Below, piece by piece: positions 29,460 to 39,048 of a DNA stretch of 64,000 bases (position 1 is the first letter of the stretch; each line of letters begins with the position of its first letter). The notes below the pieces were generated by a model, which made no database searches, was not told the origin of the DNA, and worked only from the letters and a program-made list of their open reading frames with translations. A program made the position numbers and the translations under genes. Origin of the DNA: a bacterium (GTDB lineage Bacteria; Patescibacteriota; Minisyncoccia; UBA6257; GWB1-50-10); contig JAKAIX010000001.1 of assembly GCA_021814165.1 (NCBI GenBank), positions 216,369-280,368 on the forward strand, given 5' to 3'.

Positions 29460-29509
29460 AAAACTTGGAAGCCCGGCCTCCGCGAGGAAGCCGGGCCTCC
29501 TTATTTTGA
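29460..29509. repeat. REP-like doublet, copy 2
   Basis: AAAACTTGGAAGCCCGGCCTCCGCGAGGAAGCCGGGCCTCCTTATTTTGA. Confidence 0.85.
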
Positions 29510-29577
29510 CGGAAAAATCATATCCAGAAAATGCAAAGCCCGGTTATAATTTGAACCGAGCTTTTATTACTTTGATC

Positions 29578-29763
29578 TCAATTTGCAATTGCTTCTTCCT
29601 CCCTGCTTAACCTAAGACCGCCCTTTCTTTCCCTACGAAAGTAACGGGCAATTATTCTTTCGGCAGTGTTTTCTATGCTTTCGCTTTCATCTTTCTTTTT
29701 CAGAAGAATGAGTCCTCCTACAAAAGCAAGAGATGCTACCGAAAAGATCAGAATCCTTTTCAC
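29578..29763 (-). CDS. Small membrane-anchored hypothetical protein
   Basis: 61 aa, N-terminal TM, GGAGG upstream of GTG, promoter TTGACC-17-TATGCT upstream. Confidence 0.6.
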   Translation of the reverse strand: MKRILIFSVASLAFVGGLILLKKKDESESIENTAERIIARYFRRERKGGLRLSREEEAIAN

Positions 29764-29826
29764 ACCTCCTCCGGGTTATTTAATATCTGCTTTCAGCATA
29801 ATCTTCTATAATAACAGGGTCAATCC

Positions 29827-30744
29827 ATGGGAAACCGAAAGATCATCGTACTTGGAGGAACGAATGCGAGCGGGAAGTCGGATCTGGCCGTAAAAATCGC
29901 TCGTTTCATCGGCGCTCACGGGAAACGGCTTGGAACCAATGGCGCGGAGGTTATCTCCGCCGACTCAAGGCAAATATACAAGGGAATGGACATCGGGAGC
30001 GGGAAGGTCACCAAAAAGGAAATGCAAGGAATTCCCCACCGGCTTCTCGATGTCGCCGATCCGAAACGCATATTTTCCGTGGCGCGCTATCGAACACTTG
30101 CGCTGAGAGAAATCAAGCGGATTTGGAAGGAACATAAAATCCCCGTTCTTTGCGGCGGCACGGGGTTTTACATCGACGCAGTGATCCGCGGCACTTATGT
30201 TCCCGAGGTAAAACCGAACCCGGAACTGAGAAGAGAGATCGGACGTAAGCCGATTGAGGACCTTTTTCGGATGCTCGAGAAAAAGGACCCGGAACGCGCG
30301 CGGACGATAGACAAGAAAAATCCCGTGCGTCTCATTCGTGCAATAGAAATTGCGGAAGCGCTCGGGAAGGTACCCGTAGTACCCCCCAGTCCCCTTCACG
30401 CACAGGTGCTCTTTCTCGGTGTGAAAAAAGAAAAGGAAGAGTTGAGAAAACGCATCGTGCTTCGCCTCAAGAAAAGAATGCGGCAGGGAATGCTCAAGGA
30501 AATTATGCGACTCCACGCACAAGGCGTTTCATGGAAACGGATGGAAGCGCTCGGACTCGAATATCGCTATGGCGCCCGTTTTCTCCAAGGAAAAATCACG
30601 CGGAGAGAGCTGGAAGAGTCGCTCATCCGTGAAATCGTGGCATATGCGAAACGGCAAATTACGTGGTTTAAGAAAGAACCGGGGATCATGTGGATTAGGA
30701 ACGAAAGAGAGGCAATGGAAAAAGTGAAGGAATTTATGGGATAA
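29827..30744 (+). CDS. miaA: tRNA dimethylallyltransferase
   Basis: GTNASGKS, ISADSRQIYKGMDIGSGK, GGTGFY, YAKRQITWF. Confidence 0.96.
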   Translation: MGNRKIIVLGGTNASGKSDLAVKIARFIGAHGKRLGTNGAEVISADSRQIYKGMDIGSGKVTKKEMQGIPHRLLDVADPKRIFSVARYRTLALREIKRIWKEHKIPVLCGGTGFYIDAVIRGTYVPEVKPNPELRREIGRKPIEDLFRMLEKKDPERARTIDKKNPVRLIRAIEIAEALGKVPVVPPSPLHAQVLFLGVKKEKEELRKRIVLRLKKRMRQGMLKEIMRLHAQGVSWKRMEALGLEYRYGARFLQGKITRRELEESLIREIVAYAKRQITWFKKEPGIMWIRNEREAMEKVKEFMG

Positions 30745-30842
30745 TTTTCAATTACCAATTTCCAATTTTCAGTAAATGAGCGAATTCCAAAATTTTCAAA
30801 TTGAAAATTAATTGATCATTGGTCATTGAAAATTGAAAAATT
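30745..30842. repeat. Inverted heptad-repeat hairpin (TTTTCAA / TTGAAAA family)
   Basis: Tandem degenerate ATTTTCA repeats followed by tandem ATTGAAA; same family at 49743, 52815 and 57752. Confidence 0.8.
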
Positions 30843-30849
30843 CGATTGT

Positions 30850-30878
30850 TTGACTTCTCTCAAGGGGCGCGCTACTAT
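30850..30878 (+). promoter_or_regulatory. Sigma-70 promoter of rpmF
   Basis: TTGACT-17 nt-TACTAT. Confidence 0.65.
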
Positions 30879-30895
30879 AAAACAAACTTAAATCT

Positions 30896-31081
30896 ATGGG
30901 TGGCGTACCAACAAAGCATCATTCAAAATCGAAGGTCGGAAGAAGGCGTTCTCAATTGGCATTAAAGAAGGTAAACGTAGTACCGTGCCCGAGCTGCAAG
31001 GGACCGTCTCTTCCCCATCGAACGTGTCCGCAGTGCGGCGCATATGTGCGAAATCCTAAACCTTCAAATCCCAAACCCTAA
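30896..31081 (+). CDS. rpmF: 50S ribosomal protein L32 (zinc-binding form)
   Basis: VPTKHHSKSKVGRRRS, CPSC...PHRTCPQCG. Confidence 0.93.
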   Translation: MGGVPTKHHSKSKVGRRRSQLALKKVNVVPCPSCKGPSLPHRTCPQCGAYVRNPKPSNPKP

Positions 31082-31185
31082 ACAAATTCGAATGACCAAA
31101 TATACGAATTTTCAGAACGCGTGTTTTGGACATTAGGATTTCGGATTTTTGTCATTGTTTAGAATTTGGGGATTAGGATTTTAAG
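31051..31185. repeat. Inverted heptad-repeat hairpin (AAATCCT / AGGATTT family) overlapping the rpmF 3' end
   Basis: AAATCCTAAACCTTCAAATCCCAAACCCTAAACAA ... TTGTTTAGAATTTGGGGATTAGGATTTT. Confidence 0.75.
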
Positions 31186-31188
31186 AAT

Positions 31189-31623
31189 ATGGCCACTCGG
31201 CATCTTGCAAGAACTATCGTGTTGCAGTCGCTCTACGAGTGGGATTTTTACAAACACGAGAGCGATCTCCCCGTCATAATCGAGCGGAATATCAAAGAAT
31301 ACGGCCCCGGCATTGATGAGCCGGATTTCGTGTGGCGCATCGCAAAGGGAGTTATCGAGCATCTGGGCGAGATCGACGCGATTATCACGCGAGTTGCTCC
31401 CGAGTGGCCTTTGGAGCAGATCGCTATCATCGACAGGAATGTGCTCAGAATAGGTCTCTATGAACTCCTCTATGCCGACAGAAACGAGGTGCCTCCCAAG
31501 GTTGCCATAAACGAGGCGATCGAGATTGCGAAAAACTACGGCGGACAGAACTCCCCCAAGTTCGTGAATGGCGTTCTGGGAACGGTATTCCGTGAAACTG
31601 AAGCAGCAAAGGAGACCTTATAA
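31189..31623 (+). CDS. nusB: Transcription antitermination factor NusB
   Basis: [44 protein letters not shown]. Confidence 0.96.
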   Translation: MATRHLARTIVLQSLYEWDFYKHESDLPVIIERNIKEYGPGIDEPDFVWRIAKGVIEHLGEIDAIITRVAPEWPLEQIAIIDRNVLRIGLYELLYADRNEVPPKVAINEAIEIAKNYGGQNSPKFVNGVLGTVFRETEAAKETL

Positions 31624-31692
31624 AGAAACGACCCCGCTCTCTTGGGAGAACATTTCCGGAGGTCTGCGAACGAAAGAAAGCAGGATCGCTTT

Positions 31693-31734
31693 AATAAAAG
31701 AAATCGAGATTAAATAATCTCGATTTCTTTTATT
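31693..31734. terminator. Bidirectional terminator between nusB and rplK
   Basis: Perfect 20-bp IR AATAAAAGAAATCGAGATTA / TAATCTCGATTTCTTTTATT. Confidence 0.8.
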
Positions 31735-31752
31735 CGTCGCTGGGAATAAAAA

Positions 31753-32178
31753 TTACTCGGTAATTTCTATTCCCATATTTTTCGCCGTGCCTCTGATAAT
31801 CTTCTCCGCCGCTTCCACGTCGGTCGCATTTAAGTCGATCATCTTCTTTTCCGCAATCTGCCGAAGGTCCGCTTTCGTAATCTTTCCTACCGTTTTCCTT
31901 CCCGCTTCCGCAGCACCCTTCTCAATCCCCGCTGCTTTTTTCAAAAGAGCGGATGCCGGCGGCGTCTTTAATTTAAAATCGAACGTTCTGTCCTCGTAAA
32001 CCGTAATCTCCGCAGGAATGACGTCTCCCCGCATATCTTTCGTCGCTTCGTTGAACTGCTGGCAGAACTGCTGGATATTTACGCCGTGCTGACCGAGCGC
32101 AGGACCGATCGGCGGTGCCGGGTTCGCTTCCCCGGCTTTAATCTGCAGCTTTAACATTGTTTTGATTGGTTTTGCCAT
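31753..32178 (-). CDS. rplK: 50S ribosomal protein L11
   Basis: [36 protein letters not shown]. Confidence 0.97.
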   Translation of the reverse strand: MAKPIKTMLKLQIKAGEANPAPPIGPALGQHGVNIQQFCQQFNEATKDMRGDVIPAEITVYEDRTFDFKLKTPPASALLKKAAGIEKGAAEAGRKTVGKITKADLRQIAEKKMIDLNATDVEAAEKIIRGTAKNMGIEITE

Positions 32179-32265
32179 ATGTTTTACCAAGTATCAATAT
32201 CTGGTATTAAGTATTTTCCGTTCGTTCCGTTTCCTTACTACTTACTACCCTATGTTTGCCACTCG

Positions 32266-32832
32266 CTATAATTTTTTTACTTGTAATGAATCTAATTCGA
32301 CCATAGTATCTCTCCCGAAGATCGGCACGAGCACTTTTATCTTCCCGTGTTCCTCGTCGACCTCCGCCACTTTTCCTTCTTGCTCTTTAAACGGGCCGTC
32401 GGTAATTTTCACGATCTCCCCTTCTTTCAGATCGACTTTGAACTTCGGTTCGGCTTCGCCGATACGTCGCATCAAATCGTCTATCTCTTCCTTCGAAAGA
32501 GGGGTGGGCGTCGCGCTATCCGCTCCCACGAAACCGGTCACTCGCGGCGTGTTTCTCACGATATACCACGAATCGTTGTCGAGAAGCATGTCGACGAGTA
32601 CATAGCCGGGGTAAATTTTCTCTTCCGTTTTCTGGCGTTTGCCGTTCTTTATCTTTATTTTCGTTTCCTTGGGAACGATGACGTTGAAAATCTTGTCCGT
32701 CATGCTCAGGGATTCAACGCGCTGCTTCAAATAGCGCGCGACCGCGTCTTCATACCCGGAATATGTATGAATCGCATACCATTCTCGTCTTTGATTTTCA
32801 CTTTTCTTTTGAGTATTCAGCAACATAAGCAA
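32266..32832 (-). CDS. nusG: Transcription termination/antitermination factor NusG
   Basis: WYAIHTYSGYE, YPGYVLV, VRNTPRVTGFVG, KOW motif DGPF; start uncertain. Confidence 0.96.
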   Translation of the reverse strand: MLMLLNTQKKSENQRREWYAIHTYSGYEDAVARYLKQRVESLSMTDKIFNVIVPKETKIKIKNGKRQKTEEKIYPGYVLVDMLLDNDSWYIVRNTPRVTGFVGADSATPTPLSKEEIDDLMRRIGEAEPKFKVDLKEGEIVKITDGPFKEQEGKVAEVDEEHGKIKVLVPIFGRDTMVELDSLQVKKL

Positions 32833-32835
32833 CGA

Positions 32836-33018
32836 CTACAGAACAATTTTTTGAATGACCTGTACGAACAGATAATCCAAAATGCCGAGAAACGCGGCAA
32901 GCCCGACCGAGAGAATAACCACAAAAACCGTGTAGCGTGTCGTCTCCTCTCTCCGGGGCCAGTTTACCCGCTTCAGTTCCTGGCGTGATTCATTTAAGAA
33001 GGTTTTAATGCGTTCCAT
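32836..33018 (-). CDS. secE: Preprotein translocase subunit SecE
   Basis: ELKRVNWP motif plus one TM helix, upstream of nusG. Confidence 0.94.
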   Translation of the reverse strand: MERIKTFLNESRQELKRVNWPRREETTRYTVFVVILSVGLAAFLGILDYLFVQVIQKIVL

Positions 33019-33116
33019 GTTTTACGAAAATAAAAGCCATGTCTCTGGCTGGATTTCACTGTACCACAGGGCGCTTTCTTGCGCAACCGAGGGGTTGCGG
33101 GCCTTTCCTTTCGGCG

Positions 33117-33692
33117 TCATTTCCTTAATACCACCGTTTTTCCCTCCCGGATCGAGATCAGCGTCGAAGGCTTCCCTCGAAGCACCCCCTTGTCACAGTA
33201 GAAATCTACCCGATTCCCGAAATACCGTTCCGCTTCTCGAATCGAGTACGCGGGCTTTTTCCCTTCCGGATTTGCACTGGGGGCGATGAGGGGACCCGAC
33301 ACCAGAAGGAAATTCCGCAACGCCTTTGAGGCGGGGACGCGGAATGCAAGCGTAGTTCCCCCGCGATGAAGGTGCCGATATTTTTTATCCGAACAATGAA
33401 GAATAACGCTTACCCTCCCCGGCCATATTTTCTCAAGCACCCGCCGCTCGCGTACCGATACACGAACTCCAAAAAGACGGATACCCGCCAGGGAATGAGC
33501 GAGAATGATGGAGGGTTTTCTTGGGCTTCTTTTCCTTACTTTATATGCCCGTCTAACCGCGTCCGGAAGAAGTGCGGAAGCAACAAGTCCATAAAGCGTG
33601 TCGGTCGGGAGTATCCCCACCGCGCCTTTCCGAAGTGCGCGTGCAAGTCCTTTCGTATAGCCCTTATACCGCTTGGGGATCGGCATGCTCAT
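33117..33692 (-). CDS. tsaC: Threonylcarbamoyl-AMP synthase (TsaC/YrdC)
   Basis: PTDTLYGL, KR..RKP-like motif, WPG, AFRVP, APSANPEG, PST. Confidence 0.9.
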   Translation of the reverse strand: MSMPIPKRYKGYTKGLARALRKGAVGILPTDTLYGLVASALLPDAVRRAYKVRKRSPRKPSIILAHSLAGIRLFGVRVSVRERRVLEKIWPGRVSVILHCSDKKYRHLHRGGTTLAFRVPASKALRNFLLVSGPLIAPSANPEGKKPAYSIREAERYFGNRVDFYCDKGVLRGKPSTLISIREGKTVVLRK

Positions 33693-34242
33693 CTCTCGTA
33701 TGCGGGGCGTCTCCTTCCTTTCCGGACGAAGGAGCAATACGAAATACATACGTTATGACAAGGTAAGAAACAAGTCCGATAAGGAGTCCGCCCGCGATAT
33801 CGGACGGATAATGAACGCCTACGAAAACTCGCGCGAGCCCGTTTAAAAGAGAAAGTCCGATGAACCACCATCCCCATTTCTTGTCGACGGCAAAGATCGC
33901 AAAACTCAACGCGAAAAAAAATGCGGCATGTCCCGAAGGAAACGAGGATCCGGATTCCGGAATGAGGGGGGTAAATCCGAATGCTTCAAATGGACGCTGC
34001 CGCGGAAAAAATAATCTGATCGCTTCAGTGAGGATTCCTCTCGAGAGAAGCATTGCGAGGACGGAAAAAAGAAGAACACTCATTCTTTCTTTCGTGGTTT
34101 TTCTTTTTAAAAGAAAAAGGATGAATGGAATTGCGAGGAGATACGGGAAATATTGCGCCAGAAAAATCCCCGCCGCGTCGAGCGTCCCCGACCACCCCGC
34201 GAGGCCATGGATGGCGTTCAAGAGCGTTATATCAAACGACAT
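33664..34242 (-). CDS. PAP2-family phosphatase (BcrC-like undecaprenyl-diphosphatase)
   Basis: RQRP, SFPSGH, ARVFVGVHYPSD. Confidence 0.9.
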   Translation of the reverse strand: MSFDITLLNAIHGLAGWSGTLDAAGIFLAQYFPYLLAIPFILFLLKRKTTKERMSVLLFSVLAMLLSRGILTEAIRLFFPRQRPFEAFGFTPLIPESGSSFPSGHAAFFFALSFAIFAVDKKWGWWFIGLSLLNGLARVFVGVHYPSDIAGGLLIGLVSYLVITYVFRIAPSSGKEGDAPHTRDEHADPQAV

Positions 34243-34253
34243 GGAAATGGAAT

Positions 34254-34463
34254 TTATCGGGCCACGAAAGGAAGAAGCCCCATAATTCTTGCTTGCTTCA
34301 CTGCTTTCGCGAGACGGCGCTGATGTTTTGCACAGAGCCCGGTGTGCCGCGGATCGACTATTTTCCCCTGGCTCGAGACAAAACGCTTGAGCATCTCGAC
34401 ATCATGGAAATCGATCTCTTTGGCATTTTGAGAACAAAAAAAGCACTGTTTCTTGGTTTTCAT
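34254..34463 (-). CDS. rpsR: 30S ribosomal protein S18
   Basis: [26 protein letters not shown]. Confidence 0.96.
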   Translation of the reverse strand: MKTKKQCFFCSQNAKEIDFHDVEMLKRFVSSQGKIVDPRHTGLCAKHQRRLAKAVKQARIMGLLPFVAR

Positions 34464-34472
34464 GTTTTGTAG

Positions 34473-34928
34473 CTAAAACGGAATATCTTCCGGTTTTATA
34501 TCTTCTTCGTCGATCCGAATTTCCGGCAACTCCTCTTTACCGGGGTTCGTGTTTTCTTCCTTGATCGCGCCGCGTTCGAAAGGCGTCCCGCTTCCTCCCG
34601 CCCCGCGGGGACCAAGCTGGAGCCGTTCAGAAATGATTTCCGTCGTTCGGTGGGTAATCCCCTGCTTGTCTTGCCACGAGCGGGTCTGAAGACGACCTTC
34701 GATAAATACGAGGCCACCCTTTTTCAGAAACTGATTTGCAATCTCTGCCTGCTTTCCCCACACAACTATGTTGTGAAATTCTGTCTTTTGTTGACGCTGC
34801 CCCGATTTGTCCTGGAAAAAGCTGTTTGTCGCAACTCCGAACGAACACACCGACTGACCCGAAGGCGTCTGGCGCAATTCGGGATCGCGAGTCAAGTTAC
34901 CGAGAATGAAGGCTTTATTCAAATTCAT
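34473..34928 (-). CDS. ssb: Single-stranded DNA-binding protein
   Basis: NKAFILGNLTRDPELR, EGRLQTRSW, C-terminal DIPF. Confidence 0.97.
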   Translation of the reverse strand: MNLNKAFILGNLTRDPELRQTPSGQSVCSFGVATNSFFQDKSGQRQQKTEFHNIVVWGKQAEIANQFLKKGGLVFIEGRLQTRSWQDKQGITHRTTEIISERLQLGPRGAGGSGTPFERGAIKEENTNPGKEELPEIRIDEEDIKPEDIPF

Positions 34929-34946
34929 ATCATGTTTATTATACCA

Positions 34947-35384
34947 CTACTGCAGTATCTCCTCTATTTTTTTCTCGAGTGCTTCGTTGGTAAGTATTTC
35001 CGGTTTTCTTCCTTCACGAACTTCATGCCCCGCCCCGAATTTCATGCGTTCGCGGTTTCCTCTTTCAAACCCCCCTCTCGTTTCTTCCTTTCTTCCGGGA
35101 TATACCACCCTTACCACATGGCGGAGAACTTCCTGATTAAGATTGAGATCGTTTCGGATCGACAAGAGCGCTTCTTCCGGTCCCGTGAAACATAACACGC
35201 TCTGGAACGCAAAATGTTCCTTCGCTATCGGATAACTTAACTGCATCTTAAGAACCGGTTTTTCCTCAACGAGCGAAACACCCGATTTCTGGAGAACATT
35301 CTTCAGAACGGCGGGATCTTCGCCCTTCATGAGCGCGGTAAGTTCGTATATCTTTATGTATTCCTGTTCTTGTGATTGCTCCAT
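34947..35384 (-). CDS. rpsF: 30S ribosomal protein S6 (divergent)
   Basis: YEL, LSYPI, VLRH motifs and rpsF-ssb-rpsR order. Confidence 0.88.
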   Translation of the reverse strand: MEQSQEQEYIKIYELTALMKGEDPAVLKNVLQKSGVSLVEEKPVLKMQLSYPIAKEHFAFQSVLCFTGPEEALLSIRNDLNLNQEVLRHVVRVVYPGRKEETRGGFERGNRERMKFGAGHEVREGRKPEILTNEALEKKIEEILQ

Positions 35385-35387
35385 ATA

Positions 35388-38300
35388 TTACTCTTTTTCT
35401 TCTTGTTGCTCGTCCCCTATGGTATCGGCATTTTTCACCCCTGTCAATTTCTCCCTGAATTTTTCGAACTGTTCCTCGGGAAATCCCCGCCAACCCGTCC
35501 CTACGGGAATCAGCTTCCCGATAATAACATTTTCCTTGAGACCGTAGAGCACATCGGTCTTTCCCTGTGTAGAGGCGTCAACCAGAACGCGTGCGGTTTC
35601 CTGAAATGACGCCGAAGAGAGGAAACTTTCGGTAGTGAGCGCTACCCGCGTCACGCCGAATATCTTCTGCACGGCCCGCGCCGGCTGTTTCTTCACACGC
35701 TTCATTGCACGATTGACCGCAATAAACTTCTGCTTCTCCACTATCTCACCTTGCATGAAATCAGTATCTCCGGAATCCTTGATGGTCACTCTGGAAAGCA
35801 TTTGCCGCACGATAATCTCGATATGCTTGTCATTAATGACGGCTCCCTCGGGAACATAGATCTTTTGAACTTCGTTGATAATATAATGTATTACCGCATC
35901 AACTCCCCTATATGCGAGAATCTCCTTCAAATCAAGCGGGCCTTCATATAACTGCTGTCCGCGTTCCACCTTATCGCCTATCTTCACGTAAATACTTGCA
36001 CCGTGCGGTACGAGATATTCGACAACGGAGGCGTCATCGGAGGCGCGACGACGTTTCTTCGTCGCCCGTTTCTTTCCGGCCGTCTCCCGAATCCGGATAA
36101 TGGTTGAAAGCCCTTTCTCTTCTATATCGTGTACGATGCCTTCCGCCTTATTCAAGGTCGATTTTCCCTTTGGGGGCCTTGACTCAAACACTTCTTCAAC
36201 GCGCGGAAGACCGTGCGTAATATCGACGCCGGCGACGCCGCCGACATGGAATGTTCGGAGAGTAAGTTGGGTCCCTGGCTCGCCGATCGATTGTGCCGCA
36301 ACGATGCCTACCGCTTCCCCGAGGTCCACTTCCTTGTTTCTTCCGAGGTCAAGCCCGTAACAGCCGATACATATTCCGTAAACTGCCTTGCAGGTAATCG
36401 GCGATCGCACGACCACCGACTCGATGCCGGCTTCCTGAATTTTCTTGGCCGCCTCACGGCTTATAATCTCGCCGGCCTTAACGACAATCTTCCTGTCGGC
36501 ACGGATATCCTCAAGTGCCGTACGGGAATACAGCCGTTCCGCAAATCGGTAGCCGTATGCGTCGCCTTCGCTCTTCGTGATGGTTATACCCTCTTTCGAC
36601 TTGCAGTTGGTCTCGTTGATAAATACATCCTGAGCGACATCCACAAGACGGCGCGTAAGGTATCCCGCCGAAGCCGTCTTTAATGCGGTATCGGTCGATC
36701 CTTTTCTCGCACCGTGCGTAGTGATGAAATATTCGAGAACGCCTAAGCCCTCCTTATAACATGAGGTTGCGGGAAGTTCCATGGTTTCGCCCCGCGTGTC
36801 CTGTACCAATCCCTTCATTCCCATCATCTGAATCATCTGGGCCCAGCTGCCTCGCGCCTTCGAGCTGATGATCGAGTAGATCGGATTGCCTTCCACTACT
36901 ACTTTGGGAATTAGCGCGGCGACGTCCTCGCGCGCTTTCATCCATATAGCGACGATTTTGCTCTTTCGCTCCTCGTCGGTCAAAAGTCCTTCCTCATATT
37001 GTTTGCCAACCATCATTGCGCGTTCCCGGGACACCACGAGAATCTCCTGTTTTTCCTTCGGTACAATCGTGTCCATCATTCCCCACGTCGTCGACGAAAG
37101 CGTCGCATACGAGAAACCGGCATCTTTGATTTTATCCAAATATATTCTGCTCTCATGGATGCCGAGCCGCTCGATGATCGAGGTGACGAGCCGCGTGAGT
37201 CCTTGTTTATCGAAAGTAGCGTTCACAAACTCCATTTCCGGAGGAAGCACTTCGTTGAAAATGATGCGGCCGTACGAAGTATCGACGATCGCGCCATTCA
37301 TCTTCACTTTAATCGCGGCGTTATAATCAACCACGCCGTGTTCGTATGCAAACATAACCTCGTCGGGACTCGAGAACACTCTTCCTTCGCCTTTCGCGCC
37401 GGGACGGATATGCGTGAGATAATACACGCCGAGCACCATGTCCTGCGTAGGCGATACTATCGGATCCCCGTTTGCCGGTTTCAGGAGATTTCTCCCCGCA
37501 TCCATGAGCTCCTCCGCTTCGAACTGGGCTTCCGTAGTAAGCGGGAGATGCACCGCCATCTGGTCTCCGTCAAAGTCGGCATTAAACGCCGCACATACGA
37601 GCGGAGGAATCCGTATCGCGAGATCCTCGATCAAAACCGGTTTGAACGCCTGAATGCCGAGACGATGCAGCGTCGGTGCGCGATTCAGGAGCACGCGCCG
37701 ATGTTCGATCACTTCCTCAAGAATCGCCCACACCTCGGGAGGCCCCTGTTCGATAAGACGGTTCGCCTGCTTGATATTGAACGCGAGATTCCGTTCGATG
37801 AGTTTATTGATGACAAACGGCCTAAAGAGTTCGAGCGCCATATGCTTTGGAAGACCGCACTCGTTCAACTTGAGTTCGGGACCGACTACGATAACCGAGC
37901 GGCCGGAGTAGTCGACGCGTTTTCCGAGAAGATTCTGGCGGAATCGTCCCTGCTTCCCCTTAAGCATGTCGGCAAGAGACCTAAGCGGCCTGCGCTTTGA
38001 CGAGAGAAGTTGGCTTCCAAGGCGCGCGGTGTTGTCGATCAAGGCATCTACCGCTTCCTGCAACATCCGTTTTTCGTTCACGATAATCACCTCGGGCGAC
38101 TTGAGTTCCATCAACTTTTTCAAGCGATTATTCCTATTGATGACTCTTCCATAAAGATCATTCAGGTCAGCGGTCGCATAATGCCCTCCGTCCAGCGCAA
38201 CCATAGGGCGCAAATCGGGAGGCAACACCGGGAGTACGGTTTGAATCATCCACTCCGGACGAACGCCCGCCCGAATCATGGAACGCACGAGCCGAAGGCG

Positions 38301-39041
38301 GAGCAGAAGCCGTTTCTGGCGGTTTGCGTCCTGTACTCTCTCAAGATCCTTTTCGAGCGTCTTCGCGGTCGCTTTGAGATCGATTTTTTCGAGAATCGCG
38401 CGGAGCGCTCCCGCACCTTGCGCGGCTTCGAATACATCGCCGAAGCGTTCCGCAAGACGGTAGTATTCGTCCTGCGTGAGAATTAGTCCCGGCTTCAAGA
38501 GCGCTATGATTTCCTTCATCTCCTGCTGTCGATCCTTGAGTTCCTGCTCATCCATTTCCTTTTCCGCCTTGAGCGATTTGTATTCCTGATCAAGACCTTG
38601 GAGCGCACGCTTTTTGTTTTCTTCGTCAACCGACGTCACGATATACGCGGCGTAATAGATGACCTTCTCAAGCTTAGGAACCGAGATATTGAGCATTAAA
38701 CTCAAACGCGAAGGGACTGTTTTCAAAAACCACACGTGAGCGACCGGCGCCGCGAGGGTTATGTGTCCCATTCGCTCGCGGCGAACCGCGGCACGGGTAA
38801 CCTCGACGCCGCACTTCTCGCACGTGACGCCCTTATATCTGATCTTCTTGTATTTTCCGCAGTAGCATTCGTAATCTTTCGTGGGACCGAATATCCGTTC
38901 CGAGAAAAGTCCGTCCTTTTCCGGCCGTTGAGTACGGTAGTTTAACGTTTCCGGTTTTGTCACTTCGCCCTTGGACCACGAAAGCACCTCATCGGGAGAT
39001 GCTAACCGTATCGAGATCGATTTTAATTCCATGTTGTTCAT
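35388..39041 (-). CDS. rpoC: RNA polymerase beta' subunit
   Basis: NADFDGD, GKRVDYSGRSV, CYCGKY zinc site, KENVIIG. Confidence 0.98.
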   Translation of the reverse strand: MNNMELKSISIRLASPDEVLSWSKGEVTKPETLNYRTQRPEKDGLFSERIFGPTKDYECYCGKYKKIRYKGVTCEKCGVEVTRAAVRRERMGHITLAAPVAHVWFLKTVPSRLSLMLNISVPKLEKVIYYAAYIVTSVDEENKKRALQGLDQEYKSLKAEKEMDEQELKDRQQEMKEIIALLKPGLILTQDEYYRLAERFGDVFEAAQGAGALRAILEKIDLKATAKTLEKDLERVQDANRQKRLLLRLRLVRSMIRAGVRPEWMIQTVLPVLPPDLRPMVALDGGHYATADLNDLYGRVINRNNRLKKLMELKSPEVIIVNEKRMLQEAVDALIDNTARLGSQLLSSKRRPLRSLADMLKGKQGRFRQNLLGKRVDYSGRSVIVVGPELKLNECGLPKHMALELFRPFVINKLIERNLAFNIKQANRLIEQGPPEVWAILEEVIEHRRVLLNRAPTLHRLGIQAFKPVLIEDLAIRIPPLVCAAFNADFDGDQMAVHLPLTTEAQFEAEELMDAGRNLLKPANGDPIVSPTQDMVLGVYYLTHIRPGAKGEGRVFSSPDEVMFAYEHGVVDYNAAIKVKMNGAIVDTSYGRIIFNEVLPPEMEFVNATFDKQGLTRLVTSIIERLGIHESRIYLDKIKDAGFSYATLSSTTWGMMDTIVPKEKQEILVVSRERAMMVGKQYEEGLLTDEERKSKIVAIWMKAREDVAALIPKVVVEGNPIYSIISSKARGSWAQMIQMMGMKGLVQDTRGETMELPATSCYKEGLGVLEYFITTHGARKGSTDTALKTASAGYLTRRLVDVAQDVFINETNCKSKEGITITKSEGDAYGYRFAERLYSRTALEDIRADRKIVVKAGEIISREAAKKIQEAGIESVVVRSPITCKAVYGICIGCYGLDLGRNKEVDLGEAVGIVAAQSIGEPGTQLTLRTFHVGGVAGVDITHGLPRVEEVFESRPPKGKSTLNKAEGIVHDIEEKGLSTIIRIRETAGKKRATKKRRRASDDASVVEYLVPHGASIYVKIGDKVERGQQLYEGPLDLKEILAYRGVDAVIHYIINEVQKIYVPEGAVINDKHIEIIVRQMLSRVTIKDSGDTDFMQGEIVEKQKFIAVNRAMKRVKKQPARAVQKIFGVTRVALTTESFLSSASFQETARVLVDASTQGKTDVLYGLKENVIIGKLIPVGTGWRGFPEEQFEKFREKLTGVKNADTIGDEQQEEKE

Positions 39042-39048
39042 AGGGGTG

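Noticed and set aside
30745-30842. Repeat tracts as a possible CRISPR array
   Set aside because: Repeats are 7-nt degenerate tandem units without unique spacers, and no cas genes are present
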